A stretch of DNA of 62,543 nucleotides, filler included, from Squatina squatina (Eukaryota): the NCBI GenBank assembly GCA_031763465.1. It is 3 parts of 3 records of this genome, joined end to end, with 100 filler letters (N's around TTAATTAATTAA, not from the genome) between each part and the next. Parts side by side here need not be neighbours in the genome. Positions count along the whole stretch, not along the records: positions 46,663 to 62,543 come from JARFOE010000039.1; 2 more parts are not named here. One strand, given 5' to 3'. The notes under the pieces were generated by a model. That model did not search any database. It had not been told where the DNA came from and saw only the letters and a program-made list of their open reading frames with translations. Position numbers and translations under genes: made by a program. This document shows, in pieces, positions 51,388 to 62,543 of the stretch (position 1 is the stretch's first letter; each line of letters begins with the position of its first letter).

Positions 51388-53077
51388 CAGTACACAACAA
51401 CTTGCATTGCAAAACGTCCCAAGGCACTTAAGAGCATAATCAATAAAAAAAAAACATTTTTGACACCGAGCCACAGAAGAAGATATCCAGACAGGTGACT
51501 AAAAGCTTGGTCACAGTGTAGGTTTTAAGGAGCATCTTAAAGGATAGAGAGGCGGAGGGGTTCAGTGAGGGAATTCCAGAGCTTAGGAAAACAGCCCCAC
51601 AAAATCCAAACAGGCAAAAACCAGCAAGTCTGAAATAGAAGCACAAATAGGACCGAGTTGCCTGGAATTCAATAATCAGATTTGAAGAGCACAAGGGCCA
51701 CTTTTGGCCCAATGGCCATCCCAAACGTAGCCTACACTTATGCTGGCTAACTGAAGACAAATCAAAGCAGTACTAATGATTTTTTTTCTGCACTCCTTAA
51801 GCAGAAACACATTGATGTCTCTGTCTCACAGCTCAAATAAGATTAGGACCTCACTTAGGTAAGCCGATGGCCTATCCTTCTGTGATACAGTAGACTAGGA
51901 TGAAGCCATCCTCTTTATAATTCTTTCCTAGAAGGCTTGTCCAAGTTTAATTTCCACCCGGTTTTCTCCCTTACCCCTCTTCCTCTCCTGCAGTAACGCT
52001 GGTGTATGGTTCAGTCGATGGAGAAGCCATCAGAAAGAAAAAGAGAGGCAGAAGGGGGAATTTTCTGGGGTGTCAGCGGGCGCGATTGGTGGGTTGGGTG
52101 GCTAAATGTTTTTTGGCGGCGGGTCAGGACATGCCTTTCCCAAATGTCGGGCCTGTCAGCGCTGAGCTGACCCGACATGCAGCAGCGGGGGAGGTAATTC
52201 AGGTCATTATGACCTTGTCAGCAGAGGATCAACAACTATTTTGAGCTCACCTTCAGAGTTTGCCAGGTCACCCGTGGGGTTCACGCTGCTCAGGGATCAC
52301 ATCTGAAAAACAGGTCGGGAGTTGAATGGCCATGGAATTATCTCATTACTTGACACTGAAACTGTGCCATAAAATAGCTCATCATGCAGCTGTTCACTTT
52401 CCAAGCTCAGCAGATGTTGCTTACTACATTTGGAAGACAGATTGAGCTTTATGCAGATTACAAGTATTTGGAGCAATCTCTCTATCCAGTGTCACCGCAT
52501 TGGAACAACCTCTCTCACTACTGACAGATTACTTCTGTCATCCCAAGTTCACCTGCCATCTATTACATCAGAATGGGTATGGTTTATACTGTCTCACCTT
52601 GGTCCTCAGAATCGCACTACGATCGGCCCCAACACCAGCAGCACCATGCACACCAGCAGCACCAACAACAACACCAACCTTCTCCGCAATCAACTGATGC
52701 TGCACAGGACANNNNNNNNNNNNNNNNNNNNNNNNNNNNNNNNNNNNNNNNNNNNNNNNNNNNNNNNNNNNNNNNNNNNNNNNNNNNNNNNNNNNNNNNN
52801 NNNNNNNNNNNCTTGCCTTGCTAAAATTAACTAATCTTTTAGCCCAGGTGGTCACTGTTGTCAGACATTTAACAATAGGGGCATCGCCCTTTTTATAATC
52901 TGGACTTCTACATTGAAAATGTTGTTGCCAATATACCAGACATTTCAGTATAAAGCCTCTGAAATAAGGACCCCTCCTCCAAGTTAAGGTTACAGTAACT
53001 TGGTGTTTATGGTACTAGACTAGCAACCCAAAGTTTGAGTTCAAATCCCACAGTTGGAAGGTTTATAGATTCATATC

Positions 53078-53498
53078 ATCATAGAAATTTACAGTACAGA
53101 AGGAGGTCAGTCGGTCCATCATGGCCATGCCGGCCGATTTAAAGAGCTATCCCGCCTAATCCCACTTTCGGACTCTTGGTTTGTAGCCATGTCGGTTACG
53201 GCACTTCAAGTGCACATCTAAGCACTTTTTGTGGAAATTTTATGAGGGTTTTGCATCTACCACCCATTCAGGCAGTGAGTTTCAGATCCCCACCACCCTC
53301 TACATGAAAAAATTTCCCTCTGAACCTCTTGCCCTAATTCTGTGCCCCCTGGTTATTGACCCATCAGCCAAGGGGAATAGGACCTTCCTATCCACTCTTT
53401 CTAGACCCCTCATAATTTTATATACACCAACTAGGTCTCCCCTCAGTTTTCTTTGTTCCAAAGAAAACAACCCCAGCCTGTCCAATCTTTCCTCATAG
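53078..53498 (-). mobile_element. CR1 LINE 3' fragment
   Basis: DRLGLFSLEQRKLRGDLVGVYKIMRGLERVDRKVLFPLADGSITRGHR; tail tttctatgatg. Confidence 0.9.
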
Positions 53499-53717
53499 NN
53501 NNNNNNNNNNNNNNNNNNNNNNNNNNNNNNNNNNNNNNNNNNNNNNNNNNNNNNNNNNNNNNNNNNNNNNNNNNNNNNNNNNNNNNNNNNNNNNNNNNAG
53601 TGGTTGAATTGACACTTACAGAATTGGATAGTTGCTCAAAATCAACTCTGCTTCAACTACAATAAAAAATGTTACTCGTTACATTGATTAACATGAATGG
53701 ATTTTGTTGTTTTTCAG

Positions 53718-53843
53718 ATATTGACGAATGTGTACAGAATGGTCAAATCTGTAACAATGGTCGCTGTGTGAATACAGAAGGCAGTTTTCACTGTATTTGT
53801 AATGCTGGGTTTCAGCTGACACCAGATGGGAAAAATTGTATGG
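53718..53843 (+). CDS. Fibrillin (FBN1/2/3 family) calcium-binding EGF exon
   Basis: tttttcag|[42 protein letters not shown]|gtatgt; 126 bp, phase 1-1. Confidence 0.95.
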
Positions 53844-54118
53844 GTATGTAGCACATTAAATGCAGTAATATCAGATAAGTAAAAAATTAAAGATTTGGCA
53901 TTTCACATTTTTGTGAATTTTTAAAGTTTATCTTTGGAGCTATTTAGTAAATTAAGATATTTTTGTTTAATTATCTGTTAAAAGGTTGATTTTAAATTTA
54001 AATAATCATTTAACATTAATCAGATTGTCCTTCAGAAAAAATATAAATGTTCACAAGATATTACTATTAATAAAGCATGAAGTTTTATGCAGTTTACTGC
54101 TGTAACACATTGTTTCAG

Positions 54119-54241
54119 ACCAGGATGAATGCTCCCAGAGAAACATGTGTATGAATGGAATGTGCATCAATGAAGATGGCAGCTTCAAGTGCATCTGTAA
54201 GCCTGGATTTGAGTTAGCATCTAATGGACGCGTATGCATTG
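54119..54241 (+). CDS. Fibrillin cbEGF exon
   Basis: tgtttcag|[41 protein letters not shown]|gtaagt; 123 bp. Confidence 0.95.
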
Positions 54242-56331
54242 GTAAGTTTATTATACTGATAATCTGAATTCCAAAAAGCCATTGTACACTGCCAGAACAA
54301 TATTCATAACCAGTCAATATTATAACTTGCTAGCATGCCTCAAAGTATATGCTTGATGCACTAGCATACCTCAATGCAGACAGCTGGTGGCTGGAGAGCT
54401 GTGAGCCTGTTCATTTAAATTGGGGACTGCTCCATAATGCCCCAATCATAAAACGTCCATAAAATGTTGAATACATGATGAGTGGATGTTTGAACTAGCT
54501 AGACAGATAGTAGCCATCAGGAGCACCTCACAAGTGACATGATGAGCAGTACAACTATATTTGTGAGTGCATTGCCACCATTCTCCTGATAATATTCTGA
54601 ATACCCCGGAAGCATGAGCATGTATTTTCATACCCACTCCCAAGTTACACCTTCCAGCATCCCTTCCTCATTGGCTATACAGTGGCTGTCAGTTTTCAGT
54701 ATGGTGGAAGGACCTACACTTTGCAGCTTCCATNNNNNNNNNNNNNNNNNNNNNNNNNNNNNNNNNNNNNNNNNNNNNNNNNNNNNNNNNNNNNNNNNNN
54801 NNNNNNNNNNNNNNNNNNNNNNNNNNNNNNNNNCTGGAGCCAGGTGGTGGGGACGACCCTGCTGGCAGTGATGCCTTAGTGATGTACTGAGGGCCTCCTG
54901 GTAGAGGGCTGCTCTTGCAGTGTTGACCCCCTGCACAAAGCTGGAGTGCTGCTTGTGAGACCCTCTGTGCCCCTTCCCTGACTTGCTGAGCCATTTGTGT
55001 TAGTGCTGAGGCAGTTTACCCATTTGTTGAGGTTAGAAAGGTAATTCAGCTTTAACAGCTGAATATTCACACTTGGAACTTCTTTTAAGTATTGAATATT
55101 TCTTAAAGGGCAAAAAGCGTTGAAAAATGTATTGATTCACTGNNNNNNNNNNTCATTTTGTATGGCTTCAGCGTGGATGGCTCCTTTAATTCTCAGGTCT
55201 CTGCATTTCCCACAATTCCTTGCAAGCTCCACAGCTTCACTCACAGAGCCTGTGGGAAGCTGCAACACTGCACCTGGACAGGAATTTTGTCCTGGTTCCC
55301 TCCAACAACGCCACCAGGACAGTGTTGCACGGAAGGTGAGCGCTGCGCCACCTATCTCCATGCCACCCAGCCCAATTTCACTCAGTTTGAGTTGCGGCCA
55401 TTAATTGCACTGGCAACTTTGCTGGCGAACACAAATTTTCCCCCTCTATTTCCAAGTCAACTGCAGTACTGTGCAAGCTTTTGAAGTGACATTAATGGTT
55501 CAATCTGACTTTTTTGTAACATTTTCTTTATCATAAATGCCTACATAACAATAGTAACCACACTTAGAAAGCAATTAATTTGTTATGAAGTGCTTTGAGA
55601 TATTCCAACAAATTATATATTTTTTAGTTTTAGATTATTGGTAAAATATTATCCATTCAATTTATGATATTAACACTCTTCAGCCATACTGGATAAAGCT
55701 CCATATAAATTTTAAATATCTTAGCACAATGCAACTACATGCATCATATCCCCCCCCTCCCTTGTGAAGATGAGGGGCAAGTGTCAATTGTGGAAATTCA
55801 TTCACATGTCACTGAATAATACATTTCTACTGGCTTAATTTTGTCTAGAAAAATTATAAACTCCTTTTTAAGGAGCACTGCACCTGAGAACACAAAGGAA
55901 GTCTGATCATGATGCCATTTGTTATCATCTCTATGAAGTTAGGTTAATGAAGCTTTCATTATTTATGCTGATTAACAAACATAGTTAATGATTGTGAAAT
56001 CAGCATTACTACAGATGGATCGTGGTTGCATGGTTTTCTGCTGCTGCTTCTATCAAATTCATGTTTCAAGAATTCAATGACTAGATAATTCACAATTTTG
56101 ATTGTGAAGTGCTTTCTACCTAAAAGAACAAGTAGTACTATAGGGAAATAGAACACTAGAAGGCATATATCGTGTACTGGTAATGAGTTCTCAAGTACAA
56201 ACAATTTGTAACATTCAAGATACCAGTAAATCATTTGGAAGATTTGTCCATAATCCAGATTCACCCAAGTTTATTTACAGGAAGGCATGTTTCCGTGATT
56301 TATATGTTGCCTTAATGAGCATACCTTCTGA

Positions 56332-56478
<147 letters not shown>

Positions 56479-58492
56479 TGAAACCTATGCAGTGAACACA
56501 CTTTTAAAAAGAGTGGAAACTACCTAAAAATTCATAGAAAGTGTCTTGTATTATTCAAATCTGCTTTTCATAAACATACAGGACTCTGAAATGTTCATGT
56601 TTTCNNNNNNNNNNNNNNNNNNNNNNNNNNNNNNNNNNNNNNNNNNNNNNNNNNNNNNNNNNNNNNNNNNNNNNNNNNNNNNNNNNNNNNNNNNNNNNNN
56701 NNNNCAAAAATAATGCAGCTATCTTGTGTTGGAGCAGAGACAAATTTATTGCACCTCTCAAGAGTGCTAAATCGTAGTAGTAATAGTTTAGTGCAGAAAT
56801 GTCATAAAGCTTTGTGCAGTCATAGTCCTAATTGCCTAGTGGGACAATGTCATGAAGCCTTAATGTTTGTCAAGTGGCTGTCTGATCCACTTTATTCCAG
56901 TGAGAAGGAAGATGCCCGGATTCATGGTAGTAATATCTTCATTCAATCCCTGGTCGTGGTGGAGCTGCTTCCATTCAGTCCCTACATAAATTCTTTAATC
57001 CAGCCACTGCAGATGCTCTCCAGTGTCTTTATCTGTGCTAAGTAATACATGCTCAGGAGATCCAAAAGGCACATCTTCTAAAAGAACTTTCACTTTGGCA
57101 TTCCCATTTCAGGCGAGCCATCCTTGTGCTCATCTTTCCTGTTTATATTCTCACCAACAACATTCTTCTTCAAATGTGAGGCAGAAGCAAAGCAGGCAAA
57201 TCTGGCAAGCTCCACAAAACTAATGGCTTTATTATGGTGGTGATTTTTTTTCAAAAAGGGGATTTACTGTATTATTAAGTAAGTTGTGCAAGTAGAGGAT
57301 CAATTGATGAGTTGTGTAGTAGTTGAAAAAATTGTGACAAAATGATGTGTATTTCGTGATCTTTGTTATGGTTGCTGCTCTTATCAGTGCAGTGTTTTAT
57401 GCTGTAATGTGTCAGAAATCATTAGCTATCCTTAAAGAAAAGTTGATTGGCTGTTTGGCAGCAGTGTTGTGTTGATGTACCCATTTTTCATCTGGGGCTT
57501 AATTCCTTTTAGTGCATGCCAAATTCAAATGAGCGTTGTTTTCAATAAGATANNNNNNNNNNNNNNNNNNNNNNNNNNNNNNNNNNNNNNNNNNNNNNNN
57601 NNNNNNNNNNNNNNNNNNNNNNNNNNNNNNNNNNNNNNNNNNNNNNNNNNNNTTTTTTGTATTATTTATCTAATTATATATAATTTTATTAACTTTTAAT
57701 GTTTCAGTAGCTTTGAAAATGTATTTTTAAGTGATTGTACAGTTTTACTATCTCCTGTCCATACTTCTACAAATCTCCCCTATATAGCAGAGATGTGTAG
57801 AAGCATGAATGGGAGATATTCCTACCTGATTGGTTGGGGCCTACTACATGATCTCACCAGTGTATGCGATCCACCTAGACTGGAAAGATCTCAGCTCCAC
57901 CTGTGGAGGCGCAAGAACGCAAGTTTCCGCAGCTCCCGGACCATCAGGTAAGTTTGTACGGATCTCTCCGGTCGGAGGCCTGTGCCCGCGGGACGACTCC
58001 AACTGCAATTTCAACCGTAATATTGGAAAAGGTTCAATGGGCTGTCATGCTTTCCTTTCACTTCCTCGGACATTGCTGAATCCAGCTCAGTTTGGTGAAA
58101 TGAAAGACTTCTCTGTTTCTTAGTTGTAATCGCCCCATGTGAAATGAATTTGGGAATTTCGACTTATTTTTAGGGAGAAATAGGTCCACAACACAAAAGT
58201 CCTTATAGATCAGTAAAAAAAAATGGAAGTGCCACCCAGTGAAACTAGAAGGCTGGCTTGAGTAGGAAATTGAAATGTCACAGTAGTACAGGAGAGGGTG
58301 GGAGCTGTTCTGAATTTGGAGTTGAGGTAAGTTAGGCAGAGTAGTTGGAGCTTTAAGTAACATTTGGACCTTTCTTTGAAGGTAACATAATAACACTGTC
58401 CATACATGTGATATTATATTGTCTTATGCAGCCGTTCAAAATGCTTTTGATGTTACTCATCAAAATATAACATTTTTCTTATTTTCCCACAG

Positions 58493-58546
58493 CTGAATTT
58501 CATGCACTTTGCAGCAGTGGACCTGGTATAACAAGTGATGGGAGAG
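58493..58546 (+). CDS. Fibrillin short exon completing the TB2 (8-Cys) domain
   Basis: ttcccacag|AEFHALCSSGPGITSDGR|gtaact; 54 bp. Confidence 0.92.
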
Positions 58547-59319
58547 GTAACTATTCAATGAAATAACTCTTACTAAAGAAAGCGTGTTTACTTATATATA
58601 CTAAAACCTAATACTCCATTTCATAATATATTCTTTAATATGCTGTTCCCTGTAACCTAGACTAAGAACTTGATATCAGTACAATCTAAATGCTCTGGCT
58701 CCAAAGTACTTCAGTTTAAACCACTTTTTTGCAACAACCTACCTTTTGTTGCTGACACTCAGTACTGGCAAAATAAATTGCTTATAATAGAATTAACCAA
58801 CCGTACCTTTACCATCAATAAATACAGTACAGAATAAAATTACACCGCCTGGAGTGTTTCAGGATGTAACACATTTTGGGTTTAAGATGATGATGATAAA
58901 TTTTTTGACCTTCACACTTGTGGTTATGATGTGATTCTAATCATCAGTGTTGCACAACATTGTAACAAACTCCAGCCTGTAAGCTGTACATTAGAACAGA
59001 TTCAAATGAAAAATGTTAGCAAATTTAAAATCTCTGAAAGTTTTTGTGTTTAACAATTTTTACATTATAANNNNNNNNNNNNNNNNNNNNNNNNNNNNNN
59101 NNNNNNNNNNNNNNNNNNNNNNNNNNNNNNNNNNNNNNNNNNNNNNNNNNNNNNNNNNNNNNNNNNNNNNGATATAAAAATGAGTGTCTTTTTGGTATTT
59201 GAAAAATTTAAATTTTGTGTTGCGTTTTATTTACTTTATTACCTTCTGACATATTCCGGTTAATTTATTCCTGTAAAAACAAAGAAAGCTCTAGTGTGAC
59301 AAATTCTTTGTTTTCACAG

Positions 59320-59445
59320 ACATCAACGAATGTGCATTGGATCCTGAAATTTGTCCTAACGGAGCGTGTGAGAACACTCGTGGCAGTTACCGATGTGTTT
59401 GCAATTTTGGTTATGAAGTTGATATATCTGGGAAAAAATGTGTTG
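59320..59445 (+). CDS. Fibrillin cbEGF exon following TB2
   Basis: ttttcacag|[42 protein letters not shown]|gtatgt; 126 bp. Confidence 0.95.
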
Positions 59446-61083
59446 GTATGTATCTAAAAAATGGATGCTAGAAATTCAGTCAAAGTGTCCAATTATAAAA
59501 TCTGTTGATGTATTTATTTTTTAATATTCATGAAACTTGGAAGTTTTCATCTAGCAAGAGCTAAAATGAGCTAATTTCACACAAGGTACTTGTATAACCT
59601 AAACAACAATAGAAATATATAGTTTGCAATTTGGCATTTTTCTGTAATTACTTCTGAATTTTTATACCCCCGCCCAGTGGAACAGGGCGAGCGTGCAGTT
59701 AAATCAGGGAAAGTCATTCATCACCCTGTTCCTGTCCTAAAGTGATTCTTCATGATTTTAACGGAGTTATTGGCTCTACTCTGAAACTGGATGTATGGAC
59801 GTTAAAAAAGGACAGCTTGGNNNNNNNNNNNNNNNNNNNNNNNNNNNNNNNNNNNNNNNNNNNNNNNNNNNNNNNNNNNNNNNNNNNNNNNNNNNNNNNN
59901 NNNNNNNNNNNNNNNNNNNNTGAAGATGACAGAACATGTTGATAAAGTTGCTCTTCGGCCCAGAATTTGCAGTGGGCAGGGAAGCGGTGGTGCTCGCCGC
60001 TGACCTCAAAGAAAGCTACCCACGAAGACACGATGATCTCTGTGGCATGAAGTTCACCTCTCCCAACCTTAGTTTGAATCTGGCGCCAAAGCAAGCGAAT
60101 GTCCAGCGCCCAGAAACAATGATGTAATCAAGTAGGCTTAAGCAGCCAATCACATTTCTCACAGACAGCAAACCAGGAAGTAAAATGCAGAGATTATAGT
60201 TTTTTTTTATAAGTTTTACAGTGAGTGAAATAAAGATTAGGACATATACATAGGATCAAGGCAGAAGCTGGAATTCCATAAACAAACTTTAAAAATATAT
60301 ATTATATTAAAAGCCATGTAATTCTTATCATATTAATGGAAAAAGTTCACATTTCACAAATTTAAAATTCATTTTTCAGGGCCAGAACAGTGGTTCAGCA
60401 GTCAATTTGCTGTTAAAAACCCAGTTACAACTCTTTCGACAAGGCTTAACTTTTTCAGTTGAAGTTTAACAGTGATATTCCATGGTAATAGGGGAAGTTT
60501 TCTCCAGGAACTGTGATTTGAAATGATTGTCGGCTCTGAGAAGTTCTACATTGTAACCTGTGAGGAGCAGGGAATGACTGACAGCAACTTGTGGATTTTC
60601 ACATTTATCTGCACATGCGCTGATTCCAGAACCTGTTGTTACTTTTGGAAGAGCAATGAAGGCAAACAGTGACAGTNNNNNNNNNNNNNNNNNNNNNNNN
60701 NNNNNNNNNNNNNNNNNNNNNNNNNNNNNNNNNNNNNNNNNNNNNNNNNNNNNNNNNNNNNNNNNNNNNNNNNNNNGTTGAGAAGTAGGCTGTGCCTTCC
60801 TGCTACTGTCCCCGATGGGCCGGCTACTCACTTTGCCATGTACCCGCCTGAGCGTTAAAATCGAGCCCACAGAGTTCAAGTGACACCTTGTCTTGGGATT
60901 TGAAAACGCAACCTTCTGGTTGGAAGAGTGATAGTCAACTGCTTCATTGATTGGATTATTACCTACCTGCTGTTTTTTTAAATGTTATTATAGTCACAAA
61001 TTTTGTCAAAGATTTGTGTAATATTTTGTTGCTTTATATACTTCTGCATCTAAAGTGGCACCTTCATATTATGCTTTGGCCAG

Positions 61084-61293
61084 ATATTCGTTTGGAGCAC
61101 TGCTATATGAAATATGATGAGGATGAATGTACAGCACCTTTACCAGGCCGATTACGCATTGATGCTTGCTGCTGTTCTGTCGGTGCTGCTTGGGGGCCAG
61201 ATTGCGAAAAATGCCCTGAGAAAGGCACAAAGGACTACAAAGCTCTTTGCCCACGTGGATCAGGATTTTCTAGCAGAGGAGAACTTTTCAAAG
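61084..61293 (+). CDS. Fibrillin TB3 (8-Cys, CCC motif) domain exon
   Basis: tggccag|[70 protein letters not shown]|gtaaaa; 210 bp. Confidence 0.95.
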
Positions 61294-62277
61294 GTAAAAA
61301 TGTTGCAATAAAAATGTAAATAAAGCAACTTTAAAGTTTGTAATTTTTTGCTAACAACACTGCTGGAGATCCTTGTTTGGTAACGGGAATATTTAACACC
61401 AACTTATCTGGACATACATTGTATGGTATGAGCCATAACAAACTCTTCTTAGGGCAACTCAGGATGGACAGTTAATGCCAGCCTTGCCAGCAATGCCCAC
61501 ATGCCAATATTTTTTTTTAAACCTGCACAGATCCAGTTCTATCCATGGTCTATGCAGAGTTAGCTGGTTTTATCTGTGGTGGGGCGCTTCGGATTAGGGA
61601 AGAGGAACAATAAATTGGTCAAAATTCTTGTTCTTGTTCACTATGTAAAGACCGCTGCTTAAAAGCAGCAACCTCAGCACTGACTGAGGGTAAGATCAGA
61701 CTTCCCCATGCTTTAATAGCTATTTGACACTAACTTAACTGGACAACATTGAAAGTGGCTCTTTTACTACCTCATGGAGAAGAGGAAGGAAAAGAAAGAA
61801 GCAGATGTGATTTAATGTGACAGAATCACATTGTTGCTGAATCCTGATTAATGCAGAATTAGTTTTAAAGAAAAGTTACACTTGGAACTGGATTCCGCAT
61901 GAATCATGATTTCTGTAAAGTACAGATGAAAGCATCAATTAATAAATACTTGTACCACAACTAATTGAATTAATTCAATCTGAAGAAAAAAACGTGTATA
62001 TCCAAAATGATTGGAGTTTTAAATATTCAGTTTCTCTGTGAAATTCGACAGTGAGTTGACTCATTTAGGTTGTAAAATATTTGAGATCAGATAATTGAGC
62101 ATTTTGTGTCAAGAGAAAGAACTGTGTATTACAGTGCTGTGCTTAGCTCAGGGATATTGTACAGCAGGACTGGCGTGAGAAGTGGTTAGGATTCTGTGCT
62201 GAAGCTGCTTTTATACTATCACTCGTTTAGATCGAACTGTGGGAGCCCAGTGTCTGTGATCTAGCACAAAACATTTA

Positions 62278-62543
62278 GGGGGAGGAATTGGGATACTTTG
62301 CGCGTCCCATTAGTGGGGGCACCAACGGAACACAAAAGAGTTTTTGCCCTGGGAACAGCGCTTCCCATTAAATTAGGCGGGGGGTTTGCAGCTTACACGT
62401 AGTGCCCTGTATGGCTGCACCCAGCGATGCTGACGTCATCGCTGTGTACAGCGCCCCGTTACCGCCCTGGAATATAAATTGGCCCTCACCCCCTGTTTTA
62501 CGCCTGGCGCTGACAACGACAGCATCAGCTGTCATATTTCGGA
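62278..62543. mobile_element. GC/CpG-rich MITE-like DNA transposon end (Harbinger-like)
   Basis: Starts (tta)gggggaggaattgg. Similar GGG..AATT termini at ~26970, ~36689 (gaatttctggccc), ~47767, ~55443 and ~59957 flank CpG-rich segments. Confidence 0.4.

Overview
Vertebrate genomic DNA, very probably from a shark (cartilaginous fish), judged by the repeat landscape: CR1 and L2 LINE fragments, Deu-domain tRNA-SINEs and Harbinger-type MITE ends. It comes from a highly fragmented draft assembly of 0.5-4 kb contigs joined by uniform 100-N gaps. Two artificial linkers (44N-TTAATTAATTAA-44N at 21327-21426 and 46563-46662) split the window into three unrelated segments. Segment 1 (1-21326) holds a large minus-strand coding exon of a divergent INSYN2/FAM196-family gene, one exon of a BNIP3/BNIP3L-family gene, and a ~2.8 kb octamer satellite derived from the CR1 tail. 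Segment 2 (21427-46562) holds two exons of a type IB topoisomerase (TOP1-like, including the catalytic Tyr) followed by exons of a PLC-gamma (PLCG1-like) gene. A lone ROBO1-like exon sits in the same ungapped contig as the TOP1 catalytic exon, and there are hints of an upstream minus-strand gene. Segment 3 (46663-62543) holds six fibrillin exons. Most exons of every gene are missing in gaps. I see no prokaryotic system, CRISPR array or structural RNA gene, and no clearly new biological system. The best leads are several genes that look like extra paralogues lost in mammals, the ROBO/TOP1 juxtaposition (most likely a misassembly), and the structured satellite. All protein comparisons are from memory of the human/fish sequences, not from database searches.
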